This document shows, one piece after another, positions 62,720 through 64,000 of a stretch of 64,000 nucleotides of DNA (its first letter is position 1; the number at the start of each line of letters is the position of its first letter). A program made the position numbers and the translations under genes. Source of the stretch: Narcine bancroftii (lineage: Eukaryota); NCBI RefSeq assembly GCF_036971445.1, contig NC_091470.1, positions 55,738,001-55,802,000 on the forward strand, given 5' to 3'. Below the pieces are notes generated by a model that saw only the letters and a program-made list of their open reading frames with translations, searched no databases and was not told where the DNA came from.

Positions 62720-64000
62720 GCCATTCTGTAAGCTGTCATATAAGGTAAGGATGTATAGATTTGAGGGTGATGTATTTATATGGATAGAGGATCAGTTATC
62801 CAATAGTAGAGAGTTGTGATACATGGGTGTTTTTCTAGTTGACAATCAGTGGTGAGCGGTGTGCCACAGGGGTTTGTACTAGGCCCGCAACTGTTCACAA
62901 TATGCGTTAAATTTTATTTTTAAAAATTTAGAGAAACAGCACGAGTTAATTGGGAATTAAATGATCCTTTTGAACAAATCCCTTTTAATATTTTGGATCC
63001 ATGATGAAAAGTGAACAATAAAGAAATGGAAAGTAGATTATGAGGAAAGATTGGCACAAAATATAAAAATGGACAGTAAAAGTTTTTATAATTATATAAA
63101 GCAGAAAAAGATGGCTAAAGTGATCATAGGTCCCTTGGAGAATGAGAAGGGGGGATTGGTTTTGGGTAATTAGGAAATGGCAGAAGCTTTAAGTGACTAT
63201 TTTGTGTTGGCCTTCACAGTGGAGGACATGTCTACCATGCCAAAGACAGATCTGGATACAGTAGTGATCATAAAAGAAGGGATGCTTAGAAAACTTGTGG
63301 GCCTAAAGATTATGAACTGTTTTGTGTCATTATTCATGGAGGAGGACATGTTGAAAATGTTAAAGACAGATGTTAAGCATGTGATAGGAGGTGAGGTGAA
63401 GAATTTAATAGCTATCACTAAAGAGGCCATTGTCAGAAAACTTGAGGGCCTAAAGATTAATAAGTCCCTTGGTTCTGACAGAATGCATTCCAGGGTACTG
63501 AGGGAATTGACAGAAGTTATAGTTAACATTTTGGTGATAATTTATCAAAATTCTCTGGACTCTGGGCAGATCCCAGAGGATTGGAAGATGGCAAATGTCA
63601 AGCCACTGTTCAAAAAAGGATGTAGGAAAAAGGCAGGAAACTATAGGCCAATTAGTTTAACATTTATAGTTGGGGAGATGCTTGAGATCATCATTAAAGA
63701 GGAAATAAGAGGTATCTGGAATGAATTGGAACCATCAGGTAGACATAACATGGAATCAGAAGAGCAGGTCTTGTTTAACAAACACTGGAATTATTTGAGG
63801 ATAATAATGAGCACAATAGATAGAGGAATAGGTGGACATTATTTATTTGGATTTTCAGAAGGCATTCCATAAGCTGTCACATAAGGTAAGGATGTATAGA
63901 TTTGAGGGTGATGTATTTATATGGATAGAGAATCAGTTATCCAATAGTAGAGAGTTGTGATACATGGGTGTTTTTCTAGTTAACAATCAGTGGTGAGCAG
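62720..64000 (+). mobile_element. CR1 LINE with internal duplications (runs off the window)
   Basis: MAEALSDYFVLAFTVED...KSLGSDRMHSRVLREL...IPEDWKMANVKPLFKKGCRKKAGNYRPISLT. Confidence 0.88.

Noticed and set aside
1-64000. CRISPR arrays, rRNA, operons or prokaryotic defence systems
   Set aside because: The sequence is intron-rich vertebrate DNA and no repeat-spacer arrays or such genes were seen.

Overview
Vertebrate genomic DNA, inferred to be from a cartilaginous fish (probably a batoid) because of its repeat content: CR1, Rex1/Babar, Penelope, L1/Tx1 and RTE-BovB LINEs plus tRNA-derived HE1/V-SINE-like SINEs. It holds three host genes. DTD2/ATD is on the minus strand with 3 exons (2652-8099). 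NUBPL is on the plus strand; exons 2-11 are resolved to the base (26488-45928) but exon 1 is uncertain. Between them is an unnamed, intact two-exon Myb/SANT-like plus coiled-coil gene (minus, 14221-23733) that resembles a domesticated PIF/Harbinger DNA-binding ORF and shares a CpG island head-to-head with NUBPL. Its single intron contains a decayed gag-pro-pol-env endogenous retrovirus with PPT and 3' LTR (about 16020-21321). The introns also contain three solo LTRs with exact target-site duplications and a hAT>LTR>hAT nested insertion. Downstream of NUBPL is a Rex1-type LINE with a twin-priming-like 5' inversion. All calls were made by eye, comparisons to human proteins are from recall, and most repeat boundaries are approximate.
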